From: a virus
Virus record (IMG/VR): IMGVR_UViG_3300025195_000023
Coordinates: 9,087-73,086 of that record
Reading direction: 5' to 3' (one strand)
Length of the DNA stretch: 64,000 bases
Below the pieces are notes generated by a model. It had not been told where the DNA came from, did not search any database, and saw nothing but the letters and a program-made list of their open reading frames with translations. Shown one piece after another: positions 39,415 to 48,023 of this stretch. The position numbers and the translations under genes were made by a program. Within the stretch, counting starts at the first letter, position 1. Every line of letters starts with the position of its first letter.

Positions 39415-41025
39415 TTACACGATGTAGGACGCAATGGGGCTGTCGTAGTCGTCAGCGTCTTCCATATCCCAGATAGGATCATTATCCCGTTGCACCAGGT
39501 CCCCTGTCTCAGAAGGTTTCCAGGTGGTGAGCTGAGCCAGCTGACTGATGGTATCCAGGAAGTCATCCTGCTTGGATCGGAACCCACCCTTTGAGGCCAG
39601 GGACAGTTCGTTCATGGCTTCACGCAGCTCCGGAGTGTCCCGCTTCTCAATCGGGAAGAACATCTTCCGTTGCTTGAACATGGGTACCATGATGTTGAAC
39701 CGTTCCAGCTTGTTGGTGGTCGGCCGCAGCCCTGGCTTACCGCTGTTGTTCTCAGACGCCAACGGGAAGTACACATTGCGGGTCATCATCTCGTTCATGA
39801 TCCAGGGAATGAAGCCGCCCTGCTGTCCCGAGACCTCGATACCCACACCCTGTGGCCGGTACTGTTGTGCCAGGCGGAACAGGTCGTTGATGTTCTGATC
39901 CATGAGCTGACGACGACAGACACCGTCTACCCACAGCCAGTCCCCGTTGTTATTCAGGGCCCACACGCTGATTACCGAGAAGTCGGACTTCTCCTTCTCA
40001 CTGGTGGCAAAGTCGGTGGTGATGTAGAAGTTGAACACATGCTGGTTGCTCAGCACGTTGCGGATGGAGTACCAGAGGATCTCATCGTCCTGGATCAGGC
40101 GATCATCGTCACTCATGATCCGCAGCATCAGTTCCTGGTTGAAGGTATCCACCTTGCCCAACAGCTTGGCTTTGTCGTACTGCTCTTTCACGTAGTCGTA
40201 TGTGAAACGATCTGGCCAGCTGCCCCGGAACTCCTCCCGGGAACAGGGGAACTGCTCGCACACCGGAAACACGTTCACTGCCCAGGCCCCGGACTCTACC
40301 GCTTTGTACAGGGGATCCTTGGCGTTAAACGGTGTTCCGGACCAGATCATCATGTTCTTGGTCGGGTGCAGGGCGTATTCCACCGCCTTGTACACCGTAT
40401 CCTCCACAGCCGCGATGACCGTTGCAGAGCGGGCATCCTCATCCGAGATCAAGTCATCGAGAATGGCCAACTGGGGACGTTTACCCATTTCCTTGGCACC
40501 CCGTACACCGGTCTTGGCACCGTACCCCTTGACGATGAACACCTTGCCATCGGCGTTGTGGAACTCCCAACGGATATCGGTGAACTTGGCCACCGGAATG
40601 TATTCCTTGAGGAAGTCGGAGTTATCCCGTCGGAACTCCAGGTTCTTCCGCATGTTCTTCACACCGTTCTCAATGGAGTCCGACACGTACAGGGCCAGGT
40701 CCACCTTTCCGAAGCCGGGCAACTCCCCATAGACCGCAATGTACAGGAACAGGTATTCCCCCATCACAGTGGTCTTGGCGATCCCCCGGTGACACAGGTT
40801 TGCGATCCGTCGGCCACCATCGGCAATCGTATCCAGCATGTGGTAGTGGACCAGGGGCGTCAGGTTCTCCTCACCTTCTTCCCCGTTCACCAGCTTGATG
40901 AAGGTCACGAACTCCAGGGCAAAGTCACTGGGGACGTAGGAAGGGTCCGGGACATAGTTGACGGCATTGAGGTAGTCCTCTACCCCCATGTGCTTCTTGA
41001 GAGCCTGGGCGACAGAATCACTCAT
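39415..41025 (-). CDS. terL: Terminase large subunit (N4 gp68-like)
   Basis: CHRGIAKTT, GVRG...RPQLAILDDL, GTPF, TTDFATS, KQDDFLD. Confidence 0.95.
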   Translation of the reverse strand: MSDSVAQALKKHMGVEDYLNAVNYVPDPSYVPSDFALEFVTFIKLVNGEEGEENLTPLVHYHMLDTIADGGRRIANLCHRGIAKTTVMGEYLFLYIAVYGELPGFGKVDLALYVSDSIENGVKNMRKNLEFRRDNSDFLKEYIPVAKFTDIRWEFHNADGKVFIVKGYGAKTGVRGAKEMGKRPQLAILDDLISDEDARSATVIAAVEDTVYKAVEYALHPTKNMMIWSGTPFNAKDPLYKAVESGAWAVNVFPVCEQFPCSREEFRGSWPDRFTYDYVKEQYDKAKLLGKVDTFNQELMLRIMSDDDRLIQDDEILWYSIRNVLSNQHVFNFYITTDFATSEKEKSDFSVISVWALNNNGDWLWVDGVCRRQLMDQNINDLFRLAQQYRPQGVGIEVSGQQGGFIPWIMNEMMTRNVYFPLASENNSGKPGLRPTTNKLERFNIMVPMFKQRKMFFPIEKRDTPELREAMNELSLASKGGFRSKQDDFLDTISQLAQLTTWKPSETGDLVQRDNDPIWDMEDADDYDSPIASYIV

Positions 41026-41719
41026 CTACAGGCTCCCCGGTCTTGTCATAGGTCAGCTTGCTGTGGGCCACCTCCTGGGCATTCATCTGCCCGGATTGCA
41101 CCTGTAGCCGCTGCTGTGCTGCCAGGGCCATCGTAGCCTCCCGCAGGGCTGCGATAGAGCTGTCTTCCTTCTGGCTCACCTCCAACTCCACCTTCTGGGT
41201 CTCAGGCATCTTCAGGTGGGTCAGGATAGAGTTGGCTGCATCTGATCGAACCTTCTCACTCTTGGCGTTACTCATCAGGTCTGCCTGGACATTCAGGGCC
41301 CGCTGATACAGATCCTGGTTCAACACCCAACTGGGAATCAGGGATTGCTCCATGATCAACGTCACCAGCTTGGACTTATTGTAGGCCGTCACATAGCTGG
41401 CTTGGTCCTTGGGCTGTACACCCCGGGCCATCCAGTCCTGGATCTTGTCCGGAAAGGTTGCAGTGAACGCTGCCATATTGGTTTTACCCATCAACTTCTG
41501 GCTCACGTACTTCACAGCGTCAATGTAACTGGACAGTTTGAACTTACCGTCCTGCATCACATTGGCATAACTCAACAGGTTCTCACGGTAGACTTCATAC
41601 ATATCTGGATCACCCAGAGTAGTATTCATCTTGTCGATAAGTTCCTGGTTAACTGACTTCTTTACCCGGGCGGGTAATGCTTCTTTGAACTGATCAACTG
41701 TTAAGGCATCCATACTCAC
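41018..41719 (-). CDS. N4 gp69-like protein (candidate terminase small subunit)
   Basis: YIDAVKYVS, AYNKSKLV, SEKVRSDAANSILTHLK; directly upstream of terL. Confidence 0.75.
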   Translation of the reverse strand: MSMDALTVDQFKEALPARVKKSVNQELIDKMNTTLGDPDMYEVYRENLLSYANVMQDGKFKLSSYIDAVKYVSQKLMGKTNMAAFTATFPDKIQDWMARGVQPKDQASYVTAYNKSKLVTLIMEQSLIPSWVLNQDLYQRALNVQADLMSNAKSEKVRSDAANSILTHLKMPETQKVELEVSQKEDSSIAALREATMALAAQQRLQVQSGQMNAQEVAHSKLTYDKTGEPVDE

Positions 41720-41773
41720 CTCAATGCATTAGGTATATCGGGTGACTATAGGGCAGTGCAGTTATATCTGCTG

Positions 41774-41803
41774 GGAAAAAGAAGCCCCACATAAGTGAGG
41801 CTC
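41774..41803 (-). terminator. Terminator after the DUF5675-like gene
   Basis: Minus strand GAGCCTCAC-ttat-GTGGGGCTT-CTTTTT. Confidence 0.6.
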
Positions 41804-41834
41804 AATAGGAAGACAACCATGCAGAACCAGTATA

Positions 41835-42290
41835 TCAAGGATATTCCATAATGAACGGTCGAATATCCAACGACCAATCACTGTGCTGATCCAGCAAGGC
41901 CATTACTTCCCTGAACGCGGAGCGAGAGTCCAGAACCGATGGTACCCACTGGCCTTTACGGTTTTGAGAGACCTCATAGCGTTTACCAACACCAATGCAC
42001 CCTGCAAGGTCATCCATCCAATTCGCGGGATGCAGCATAATGTAGCTTCGACCTGGGACATTGGTAACTTCCCATCCTTCACGGAACTCACCACCACTGG
42101 TTCGTTGTACCACGGGAGAGTAACGCTTCTCCAGGTAATACAGGCCATCAGGAATACAGGAAACAAACGGTTCATTATTAATCCATGGGCGTTCAATCGT
42201 ATAAAAGACTTCCCCGGTTGGAAACTTCAGTTCACCAAAGACACCCCAGGGTGTAAAAGCATTACGGGTTAATACAACGTTTTTAGACAT
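41835..42290 (-). CDS. DUF5675-family protein (candidate peptidoglycan-active enzyme/endolysin)
   Basis: TIERPW...SCIPDGLY...VPGRSYIMLHPAN...GCIGVG. Confidence 0.7.
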   Translation of the reverse strand: MSKNVVLTRNAFTPWGVFGELKFPTGEVFYTIERPWINNEPFVSCIPDGLYYLEKRYSPVVQRTSGGEFREGWEVTNVPGRSYIMLHPANWMDDLAGCIGVGKRYEVSQNRKGQWVPSVLDSRSAFREVMALLDQHSDWSLDIRPFIMEYP

Positions 42291-42451
42291 AACTCCTCAC
42301 AATCAATAAGTAGTCGAGGAGTTACTTATACCAATTTCGATTTCAGGTTTTTGGGAAAAAATTAAAATTGGGTACGGAGGCAGTGCTGACAGGTAGGACT
42401 AAATAAAAACAACTACCCCCCCGGTACCTTCTACCTACCTTCTCTACACTA

Positions 42452-42471
42452 GCCCTTCGGGTGTGCTACGG
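42452..42471 (+). promoter_or_regulatory. vRNAP hairpin promoter 1
   Basis: GCCC-TTC-GGGT-GTGCTACGG; template-strand C-GAA-G triloop as in N4 early promoters. Confidence 0.75.
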
Positions 42472-42501
42472 ATCCATCCATCAACTTCGGAGTACTATCC
42501 T

Positions 42502-42699
42502 ATGTTCGCAGCACTAGCCCAACTGTGGTCAGCCATGTCAGCCCTGTTCTCAGCCGTCGAGCGAGGTGCAACAGCCCTCGATCACCTTGCCCGAGTAGGC
42601 GAGGAGACCGCAGCCGAGTACGCAGACGATGCAGCCAAGGCCAGAGCCAAAGCTCGCCGTCAGGTCACAGCCGCCAGAACCAAGGCCAAGACCAAGTAA
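42502..42699 (+). CDS. First early gene (N4 gp1 position), small helical protein
   Basis: GGAG RBS; directly after promoter 1; followed by a terminator. Confidence 0.7.
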   Translation: MFAALAQLWSAMSALFSAVERGATALDHLARVGEETAAEYADDAAKARAKARRQVTAARTKAKTK

Positions 42700-42705
42700 G
42701 CATCA

Positions 42706-42733
42706 GGCTCCCTTCGGGGAGTCTAGCTTTCTT
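42706..42733 (+). terminator. Terminator with UUCG loop
   Basis: GGCTCCC-TTCG-GGGAGTC then T-rich tail. Confidence 0.65.
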
Positions 42734-42873
42734 CTACACAACTACACATCTACACAACTGGAGATAGATAGTTTAACCCTGAAAGGGGACTGTACTTCTG
42801 ATTCACCTGAGCCTCAGCTCAGTGCCAGATACACTCCGTGTATGCCATGAGTCCAATACATTAGGAGTACGTT

Positions 42874-43080
42874 ATGTCTGCACCACTGAAGCTCTACCCT
42901 TGCAGGGGAGTGAATCTCTACTCACATCCACTGATGAAACAGTTCTTCTCTACGTCTGCCAATGACGAGCAATGTGAAAAGGTAGGAGAGAACAGTGAGA
43001 CTGATCCAGTTGATTTCACTGTTAACTCACCATTACCTGATAACTCAACATCAAACATCATCAATCTCTTCAAACGTTAA
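42874..43080 (+). CDS. Small early hypothetical protein
   Basis: AGGAG RBS; 68 aa. Confidence 0.45.
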   Translation: MSAPLKLYPCRGVNLYSHPLMKQFFSTSANDEQCEKVGENSETDPVDFTVNSPLPDNSTSNIINLFKR

Positions 43081-43174
43081 GCTAACAGTCTCTACCTATG
43101 AACCGATACGAAGCCGATAGGCTAACTGTATTGAGTCTCAGTAGAGGCTTCACCTCTATTTATTAAGTCGTTTT

Positions 43175-43194
43175 GCGCTTCGCGTGTGTTGCGG
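43175..43194 (+). promoter_or_regulatory. vRNAP hairpin promoter 2
   Basis: GCGC-TTC-GCGT-GTGTTGCGG. Confidence 0.75.
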
Positions 43195-43241
43195 AAGACA
43201 TAGCATTCTGCTGTGTCATTGCTCACCACTGGAGGTGACCT

Positions 43242-43434
43242 ATGTATTCCAACGACGAGCTTGCTGCTATGGAGTTCCTGGCTGATCTTGAGCAACAGGA
43301 CTTGGAGCATCAACGGTACGTTGCTGAGTGCGAGCTTGATCAGCTCGTAGCCATGCAACCGGAACAGTTGGGTGCTGGCTGTAAGCCTCTGCCTATCCAC
43401 TTCCGCGATGCCTATGGCATCGACATACCCTTCT

Positions 43435-43436
<2 letters not shown>
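43242..43436 (+). CDS. Small acidic early protein
   Basis: GGAGG RBS; ends DIPF, an SSB-tail-like motif. Confidence 0.7.
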
Positions 43437-43484
<48 letters not shown>

Positions 43485-43485
43485 C

Positions 43486-43505
43486 GCGCTTCGCGTGTGT
43501 CACGG
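43486..43505 (+). promoter_or_regulatory. vRNAP hairpin promoter 3
   Basis: GCGC-TTC-GCGT-GTGTCACGG. Confidence 0.75.
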
Positions 43506-43544
43506 CAGGCATGTGCCTGTATTCACACTTGGGAGAGTGACGCT

Positions 43545-43730
43545 ATGAGCTTACAAATGCCAATTGACGCCAGATATCACATCACTGTGTTCGATGAGTC
43601 TGGTGCCGTCATCCACTACGACGATCTTGATCGTGAAGCCATGGATGAGTTCCGTATGACTCACATGGACGATGATCTTGACTATGCCATCGAGTATGGC
43701 ATCAAGCGTGGAGGCCAGATCCATGAATGA
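43545..43730 (+). CDS. Small acidic early protein
   Basis: GGGAG RBS before ATG 43545. Confidence 0.65.
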   Translation: MSLQMPIDARYHITVFDESGAVIHYDDLDREAMDEFRMTHMDDDLDYAIEYGIKRGGQIHE

Positions 43731-43821
43731 TCTGGGCTTCTACGGATTGCTTGCAGTCCTGTCATTGGCAGGGCTGTGGCTGGTGTGGGACGACTTCAAG
43801 TCCCACCGTAAATCACGTTAG
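43723..43821 (+). CDS. 32-aa single-TM early peptide
   Basis: GGAGG RBS; MNDLGFYGLLAVLSLAGLWLVWDDFKSHRKSR; followed by a UUCG terminator. Confidence 0.6.
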   Translation: MNDLGFYGLLAVLSLAGLWLVWDDFKSHRKSR

Positions 43822-43847
43822 GCACCTTCGGGTGCCTTATCTTTTTC
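43820..43847 (+). terminator. Terminator with UUCG loop
   Basis: AGGCACC-TTCG-GGTGCCT then ATCTTTTT. Confidence 0.7.
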
Positions 43848-43957
43848 TACACAGCCATGCAACCTAACCTTTAACAATTTCTGACATTTCGGAGGTAGTC
43901 CCATGCCTAAACATGTATAAAATGCACCGCATTTCCATGCGAGAATGTGTCGCATTA

Positions 43958-43977
43958 ACACTTCGTGTGTGTTACGG
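43958..43977 (+). promoter_or_regulatory. vRNAP hairpin promoter 4
   Basis: ACAC-TTC-GTGT-GTGTTACGG (stem covaries relative to the other copies). Confidence 0.75.
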
Positions 43978-43999
43978 GATCACAACACGGAGATAGATA

Positions 44000-44137
44000 A
44001 TGATCACCATCCTGTACTGCTGCCCTGTCTGTGGCTGTCACTGGGAACAATCCCTGAGCCAGACCGAGACAGTTATCACGCCTGAGTGCCAATGCCCGTC
44101 CTGCGAGGAGCCCGTTAGCGGAGTACTGAGTCGCTAG
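44000..44137 (+). CDS. 45-aa zinc-ribbon-like early peptide
   Basis: GGAG RBS; CPVC...CPSC; lies between promoters 4 and 5; below the ORF-track cutoff. Confidence 0.6.
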   Translation: MITILYCCPVCGCHWEQSLSQTETVITPECQCPSCEEPVSGVLSR

Positions 44138-44143
44138 TGCGTG

Positions 44144-44163
44144 ACGCTTCGCGTGTGGTACGG
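44144..44163 (+). promoter_or_regulatory. vRNAP hairpin promoter 5
   Basis: ACGC-TTC-GCGT-GTGGTACGG; upstream of the gp2-like and RNAP II genes. Confidence 0.75.
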
Positions 44164-44216
44164 ATCGTTTAGCAATGGTGCTGGACTTAACTAATTGAAT
44201 ACAGTGGAGTATTGAT

Positions 44217-44513
44217 ATGGGATTCCAAACTGCAACTGCAACCAACAACGTTCGTTCCTTCGACCGTCCGGTGAATGCCCAGAATGATCAGTGGAAGTCT
44301 GATGCCTTCATCAACTTGTACGTTCCGACCCGTCAGGGTGGTCGTCGTAAGCTGGGCTCTGTGGGCCTGAAGCTGAGTAAGCCGATGGAAAAGCAGATCC
44401 TCGACTTCTTGGCTGACTCCGGTGAGGAAGGTCTGGCCCAGCTCAAAGAGCGACTGGTGCTGGACTTCCAGCGTGCCGATGGACAGAACGGTGATGAACT
44501 CGACCTCGGTTGA
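44217..44513 (+). CDS. ssDNA-binding RNAP II activator (N4 gp2/Drc-like)
   Basis: WKSDAFINLYVPT..GGRRKLG.VGL pattern; early region before RNAP II. Confidence 0.8.
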   Translation: MGFQTATATNNVRSFDRPVNAQNDQWKSDAFINLYVPTRQGGRRKLGSVGLKLSKPMEKQILDFLADSGEEGLAQLKERLVLDFQRADGQNGDELDLG

Positions 44514-44530
44514 TTGTCACCAATGCACTG

Positions 44531-44565
44531 AAACAGGGATGCCTTCGGGTGTCCCTGTTTTGTTT
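44531..44565 (+). terminator. Terminator with UUCG loop
   Basis: AAACAGGGATGCC-TTCG-GGTGTCCCTGTTT-TGTTT. Confidence 0.7.
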
Positions 44566-44590
44566 CTACCTTCCGATAAAGAGTTGAACC

Positions 44591-44779
44591 ATGAGCAAGT
44601 ATCCGCTGATCAAGCTGTTCTCTGACACCTTTGGTGGTACCAAGCGTACTGATCGACCTGCTCCACGTAAGCCAGCCAAACAGACTGAAGAGGCTGCAAA
44701 GCAAGCCATCATGCAGGCCAAGCTCAAGCGTGCCCGTAAGAAGGCCAAGCGTGCTGCCAACCTACAGAAGCAGGGGTAA
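44591..44779 (+). CDS. Small basic protein
   Basis: 62 aa; Lys/Arg-rich C-terminus (AKLKRARKKAKR). Confidence 0.65.
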   Translation: MSKYPLIKLFSDTFGGTKRTDRPAPRKPAKQTEEAAKQAIMQAKLKRARKKAKRAANLQKQG

Positions 44780-44814
44780 ACCCGTTCACATCGTTCGTTA
44801 TTGAGGAGCAAACC

Positions 44815-45741
44815 ATGACCCAACGAATGCTGCCACGCGATACGCAACTGGCCAATGAGTACACCTTTAGCCGCAAGTTCATTGATGGCTACATATTGAA
44901 GGAGATCGAGTCAAATCCCGACATGATTGCCAAGGTTAACCATGGTGTGCAACTGCTCACAGATTGGTTGGCCAAGGATCATGGGTACGCCAGCAAGAAC
45001 CATCGTCTGGCCCAATTGGCTGACATTGATCTGGAGGAACTGGTCAAGCAACTGTTCGTGGGTGTGGCGTACTGCCAGACACCGGAACTGTTTACCAGTG
45101 TCACAGCGATGCTGGCTGGTCGTGTGAAGTTCGACGACAAGGCTGACAGCATCCTCACAGTGGCTGAGATCATGTCAGTGCTGTGCCTCACGGACGCCTT
45201 CGACATTATCAAAGGCGAGGCCAGTGATTCACTGGTGATCCAGTCGAACATACCTCTGAGTGACCAGCTGCTCCGGTACGTGGTGCAATCCGGTTACCTG
45301 CCACCGATGGTCTGTGAGCCAGAGCACGTAAGCTCCAACTATGACAGCGGGTACCTCACCCACAATGACTGTCTGATCTTGGGCAAGGCCAATGGCCACT
45401 CCGGTGATATCTGTCTGGACGTGATCAACAAGCAGAACAGTGTGGCCCTGAAGCTCGATCTGGACTTCCTCAAGACCGTTGAAGAGGAGCCCGCTCACGA
45501 CTTGGACACGCCTGAAAAAGCCCAGCAATGGGCTGAGTTCAAGCGTCAGTCCTATCAGCGATACCTGCTGATTGCCCAACAGGGAAACCAGTTCTGGTTG
45601 ACAAACAAAGTCGACAAACGTGGTCGCCTGTATTCACAGGGATACCACATCACCACACAGGGCTCTGGCTTCAAAAAGGCGATGATTGAGTTTGCCGAGG
45701 AGGAGATCGTCGAAGGAGTACCGGATGCTTGGACAACATAA
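44815..45741 (+). CDS. RNA polymerase II subunit 1 (N4 gp15-like)
   Basis: LPPMVCEP, DKRGRLYSQGYHIT.QG..FKKA; split T7-type RNAP. Confidence 0.92.
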   Translation: MTQRMLPRDTQLANEYTFSRKFIDGYILKEIESNPDMIAKVNHGVQLLTDWLAKDHGYASKNHRLAQLADIDLEELVKQLFVGVAYCQTPELFTSVTAMLAGRVKFDDKADSILTVAEIMSVLCLTDAFDIIKGEASDSLVIQSNIPLSDQLLRYVVQSGYLPPMVCEPEHVSSNYDSGYLTHNDCLILGKANGHSGDICLDVINKQNSVALKLDLDFLKTVEEEPAHDLDTPEKAQQWAEFKRQSYQRYLLIAQQGNQFWLTNKVDKRGRLYSQGYHITTQGSGFKKAMIEFAEEEIVEGVPDAWTT

Positions 45742-45929
45742 CCAGATCACGTACCTGTACTTCTGCACGTTGGGTGGCTTGTCTCACCCACGTTGCAGGA
45801 AGGCCCACAGACAGAACGGGAACCACACCTACTTCACCTATCACCTGATCACCTGAATAACAGTCCCCACAGCCGGTCTCCGGCCGGTTGGCGGGGCCCA
45901 TAACAGAAGACATTACTGGGAGAACAGAC

Positions 45930-47174
45930 ATGCAGCTATTCACAGGCTGGGATTACCTATTGATTGATGTGGCCAACCAGTTTGGTCACGACAAAGAACT
46001 GTTCGCAGACCGGATCCAGTGGACAACTGAGAATCTGGAACACCTCGAGGAGTTGGCCGATGAGGCTGATGAGAGAGCCCTGTACCTCAAGGGTGTACAG
46101 GCCATCCGTAAGGCTCAACAGGGTGTGCCTACTGGCCACATGATCGGTTTCGACGCGGTATGCAGTGGCATGCAGATTATGTCCACCCTGACCGGTTGTG
46201 AAGCCGGTGCCAATGCCACAGGGCTGGTTGATCCCAACCGTCGTGCAGACGCTTACACCGACTGTACCGGTATCATGCAGCGGTTCATCCCTACCTTACC
46301 GGACAACGAGCGGAAGAAGATCAAGCAGGCGGTAATGACCGTCCTGTACGGATCCAAGCGTGAGCCCAAGAACCTCTTCGGTGAAGGTACCGAGGAACTC
46401 AATGCCTTCTACAAGGCCATGGGTGAACTGGCACCGGGAGCCGTAGAGCTACTGGAAGACCTGCTCAACAGCTGGCAGCCATTCGCACTGAGCCATGAAT
46501 GGGTACTCCCTGACGGTTACGAAGCCAAGGTCAAAGTCATGACCAAGGTTGAGAAGCGACTGGAGGTAGATGAACTGGATCATGCTACGTTCAGCTACGA
46601 GTACTACGTCAACGAAGGACAGGAGAAAGGCCTCAGCAACGTGGCCAACGTCGTGCATAGCATCGACGCCTACGTACTCCGTAGCCTGATCCGCCGCTGC
46701 AACTACGACCATGGTCTCATCCTATGGGCGTCTGAGGTTATCGAAATGGTCTTGCTGGAACGTGCCACAGGTGTAGAACACTCAGTGGATACCTACTGGC
46801 TCGACGACGACTTCAACCACTTACGTGAGCGATACGAAGCCACCCAGATGCCGGATATCCGGATTCTGGACTACTGTGGTGTCCTTGAGATCAAAGCCCT
46901 GTCCAGTGACCACCTGCGGGCACTGGCCAACATCGTGAACAGCATGCTGGAGCATAAGCCCTTCCCTATCGTGTCTGTCCACGATGAGTTCAAGTGCCAT
47001 GCCAACAACATGAACTGGCTGCGTCTGCACTACCGCGATATCTTCGCAGAGATGGCAGATTCCACCATCCTCGATGATGTACTGAGCCAGCTGTACGGTA
47101 CCCAAGGGCACTTCCCCAAGAAGTCTCCGAACCTTGCAGCCAAGATCCGCAACTCCAACTACGCACTGTCCTGA
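45930..47174 (+). CDS. RNA polymerase II subunit 2 (N4 gp16-like)
   Basis: FDAVCSGMQ (A), RKKIKQAVMTVLYG (B), ANVVHSIDA, VHDEF (C), C-terminal YALS. Confidence 0.93.
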   Translation: MQLFTGWDYLLIDVANQFGHDKELFADRIQWTTENLEHLEELADEADERALYLKGVQAIRKAQQGVPTGHMIGFDAVCSGMQIMSTLTGCEAGANATGLVDPNRRADAYTDCTGIMQRFIPTLPDNERKKIKQAVMTVLYGSKREPKNLFGEGTEELNAFYKAMGELAPGAVELLEDLLNSWQPFALSHEWVLPDGYEAKVKVMTKVEKRLEVDELDHATFSYEYYVNEGQEKGLSNVANVVHSIDAYVLRSLIRRCNYDHGLILWASEVIEMVLLERATGVEHSVDTYWLDDDFNHLRERYEATQMPDIRILDYCGVLEIKALSSDHLRALANIVNSMLEHKPFPIVSVHDEFKCHANNMNWLRLHYRDIFAEMADSTILDDVLSQLYGTQGHFPKKSPNLAAKIRNSNYALS

Positions 47175-47332
47175 GGTAAACCATGGAACTACTCAAGATT
47201 ATCGGCTATATCACGATTTCCAGCACACTCATAGGGGTAGCAGTTGGAAGCTGTATCTATGGGATATTGACACTCATAGGCTAAGACGTGATTAACAGCG
47301 GGCCTCCGGCCCGTCGGTGAGTGTGAACCTTT

Positions 47333-47370
47333 GAGATCAGTCCTACGGGACTGGTCTCACTTCTTTTTTC
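47333..47370 (+). terminator. Terminator ending the early region
   Basis: GAGATCAGTCC-tacg-GGACTGGTCTC-ACTTCTTTTTT. Confidence 0.75.
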
Positions 47371-47540
47371 ATGTTGCTGACTTCTCCCAGTTAGCGTCAT
47401 TCGCTTGGGCACCTTCCGGTGCCCAGGCTCTTTTATTCTGGCTCTCCCAGCCACTGATTATCCAAGCCATAGATAGTCAGACCGATATTCTAACTTCCCG
47501 AAATTGACCCTTTCCGACGATATACAGCCGAGGCCCTATC

Positions 47541-48023
47541 ATGACCGTAAAATGCCTGAATGACTTCGATCAAGCCGCCATTGTCCACTACTACACCCAC
47601 GGCAAAATGAACCAGACAGAACTGGCTCTACACTTTGCCGTTCATCGCAGGACTATCCAACGTGTCCTGATTGATAAAGGTGTCCTGGTCTACAAGGACA
47701 AAGGCCCCAAGCCTGTCCCACTCAAGCCCAGACCCCTTCAGAAGTCCTTACCTTTTGACCGCCCATCGCACCTGACTCGCCGTGAGCAGCAGGATATGCA
47801 GATAGTCAAGATCGTCCGGGATGCCGGTTACGAGACCGCAGAGGACGTGAAGAAGCGACTGGACACGCCACCACTGACCCGAACCAACGTGGAGCTTTAC
47901 CTGTGCCGACTGCCAGATAGTCAGTTTGCCGCTTTGGCTTACGCGGTAGGCCTGGTTCGTCTCAAACAGATCCAGGACCGCTCAGAAGCGTCCAGGAAGG
48001 ACCAGGAGGCTGCCAATGGCTAA
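47541..48023 (+). CDS. HTH DNA-binding protein
   Basis: MNQTELALHFAVHRRTIQRVL HTH. Confidence 0.7.
   Translation: MTVKCLNDFDQAAIVHYYTHGKMNQTELALHFAVHRRTIQRVLIDKGVLVYKDKGPKPVPLKPRPLQKSLPFDRPSHLTRREQQDMQIVKIVRDAGYETAEDVKKRLDTPPLTRTNVELYLCRLPDSQFAALAYAVGLVRLKQIQDRSEASRKDQEAANG

Noticed and set aside
39670-41136. Long antisense ORFs (488 aa here; also 21767-23674, 20522-21685, 34411-35283, 63125-63991)
   Set aside because: Shadow frames opposite well-supported genes, explained by codon bias; no RBS or motifs.
44537-44556. CCTTCGGGTGT as a sixth vRNAP promoter (also TTCG hairpins at 42706 and 43820)
   Set aside because: Lacks the GTGNYRCGG element and forms a long UUCG-capped stem with a T tail, i.e. 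a terminator.
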